DNA of 64,000 nucleotides from IMG/VR virus record IMGVR_UViG_3300016484_000447, positions 23,773-87,772 of that record. One strand, written 5' to 3'. The notes under the pieces are model-generated. The model searched no databases, was not told the DNA's origin, and saw only the letters and a list, made by a program, of their open reading frames with translations. This document shows positions 62,991 to 64,000 of the stretch, one piece after another. This DNA is from a virus. Its lineage: Duplodnaviria > Heunggongvirae > Uroviricota > Caudoviricetes. The position numbers and the translations under genes were made by a program. Position 1 is the first letter of the stretch; every line of letters begins with the position of its first letter.

Positions 62991-63026
62991 ACGCTGGCCC
63001 CTGTGGAAGTGATCGAAGCCCCGATT

Positions 63027-63055
63027 ATACACGATCTAGACGCCCCTCTAGATTC
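63027..63055 (-). promoter_or_regulatory. putative recombinase promoter (TATAAT) with TCTAGA-N6-TCTAGA palindromic repeats over the -35 region
   Basis: On the minus strand TCTAGAGGGGCGTCTAGATCGTG-TATAAT, 32 nt upstream of ATG 62990. Confidence 0.35.
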
Positions 63056-63313
63056 CTGAATGGGGGCTGTTGCGTGCTGTTCGAGGCAGACGGGAAGGGC
63101 TGGACGGGGCCGGGGCTGTCATATTTTCAGGGCTTGGCACGGGCGAGAAGGGGGAATAGGCCGCCGTTAAGCAACGCACTCACGTATGCCCCACATTCCA
63201 AAATAGCCCCACTCGCGCCTGCATAGGATTTGCATATCGACCCTGCCCTGGTCATATATTCTGGCTATGCCTGCAAGCACTATGCCAAAGTCGGGCTACC
63301 CACCAAATTTTTT

Positions 63314-63812
63314 TTACGCAGATTTTGGAACGAAATTTACAAGGGCGTCGTAAACTCCATCTCTCAGGTTTGGCCTGTGCTTATCTGCGAGAGTCAGAAT
63401 GGTAGCCCTCTTCTCCGCGTAGTACGCAGCGGGCCTCTCATGCTTGTATGGGAGCCTCAAGGCATTGTTCAACTCTGTAGGCAGTAGGCAGCAGGTGTCG
63501 GGACTGTAGACTTTGGCGCCAGTGCTGAGAAGGTCTTTGTCTACCTGCCAGTCCCTGTCCCACCACATAGGTTGGACGATCAAGAATTCGCAGAACTCTT
63601 GAAAGTTGGCGAAACCGAATTCGACACCTGTGTAGGCCCTACCGCCAGGGTAACGCTGTGAAGACCCACCAACGGTAGTCCTCGCTTTGATCTGGTGCCA
63701 CAGCCTTCCAAATCTGGTGAGAGTGGACTTGCCGTTGAGCTTAAAGCTCTGGACATATCCTTCATCACCGACTGCCCAAAAGTCTAAGTAGTGCATGGAG
63801 ACTTTGTTTGTC
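63314..63812 (-). CDS. hypothetical protein in lower-GC segment
   Basis: 166 aa from MTNKVSMHY. GAAGGAAG RBS. Preceded by GCCGCCCTTGAGGCGGC hairpin. ~50% GC versus ~63% elsewhere. Confidence 0.4.
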
Positions 63813-63849
63813 ATAGCTTCCTTCAAGTATAAAGCCGCCTCAAGGGCGG

Positions 63850-64000
63850 CTGTCGTCACTCTGCGTAGTGCTTCCTGTATCGCTCTTCGGCGCACTCCAC
63901 GCACACTCTGCAACGCTTGGCAACGTTGAACATCGTGTTCTTGCAGTCGGAACAGGTGTTCATGTACTTTCCAGGGGCATACCCGAAGTCCTTCAAAGTT
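63850..64000 (-). CDS. partial gene (3' end), C-terminal zinc ribbon; start beyond window
   Basis: Frame open to the window edge. C-terminus ...YMNTCSDCKNTMFNVAKRCRVCVECAEERYRKHYAE* (CxxC...CxxC). Confidence 0.35.

Noticed and set aside
1-64000. tRNA genes / CRISPR arrays
   Set aside because: No cloverleaf-compatible segment with GTTCRANYC T-loop found by eye in the non-coding gaps. No regularly spaced identical direct repeats with unique spacers. A tRNAscan-SE/CRISPR-finder run would be needed to be certain.

Overview
This 64-kb window is a segment of a high-GC (~60-66% GC) tailed phage or prophage genome.

Layout:
- 1-18.7 kb, rightward late module: a tail-terminator-like gene, two tandem paralogous small structural genes, the major tail protein, gpG/gpGT-like tail chaperones joined by a classic -1 frameshift (slippery T_TTT_TTG), a 1717-aa tape measure protein, six further tail/fibre genes, a holin, a GH19 endolysin, and a 450-aa fibre-like gene plus a small membrane protein after the lysis cassette. 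It ends at face-to-face terminators.
- 18.8-50.8 kb, leftward early/DNA-metabolism module: NrdH-NrdB-[two inserted ORFs]-NrdA, a metallophosphoesterase, three free-standing HNH endonucleases, a T7-gp6-like 5'-3' exonuclease, an SSB-like protein, a dNMP kinase, endonuclease VII, an adjacent NAMPT-like + PRPP-synthetase-like pair (NAD+ salvage/reconstitution, NARP1-like), a family-A DNA polymerase interrupted in motif B by a 317-aa LAGLIDADG intein, an HD hydrolase, a DprA-like protein, a UvrD-like helicase, a T7-gp4-like primase-helicase, an SPFH/lipoprotein membrane cluster, a ThyX-like protein, an SleB-like murein hydrolase, a type-IV-pilin-like mini-protein and an ATP-dependent ligase. All of it lies downstream of a TTGACA-17-TACAGT promoter at 50.8 kb.
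- 50.85-51.1 kb: a short AT-rich divergent control region.
- 52.9-61.65 kb: the most unusual part. It is a ~9-kb rightward array of ~25 small (41-213 aa), database-orphan-looking ORFs. At least 14 are preceded by a repeated promoter-like unit: a GC-rich dyad embedding a perfect TTGACA, a TGn-extended -10 18-19 bp downstream (often inside a small hairpin loop), a conserved leader and a GGAG RBS.
- Flanks of the array: a repeat tract (GCATGGCG / TTTCGC[A/T][A/T]TG) on the left and a CACAAGC-repeat tract, a dyad site and a serine recombinase on the right.
- Right end: a lower-GC segment carrying a hypothetical gene and a partial zinc-ribbon gene.

Many long ORFs antisense to the annotated genes are GC-driven artefacts.
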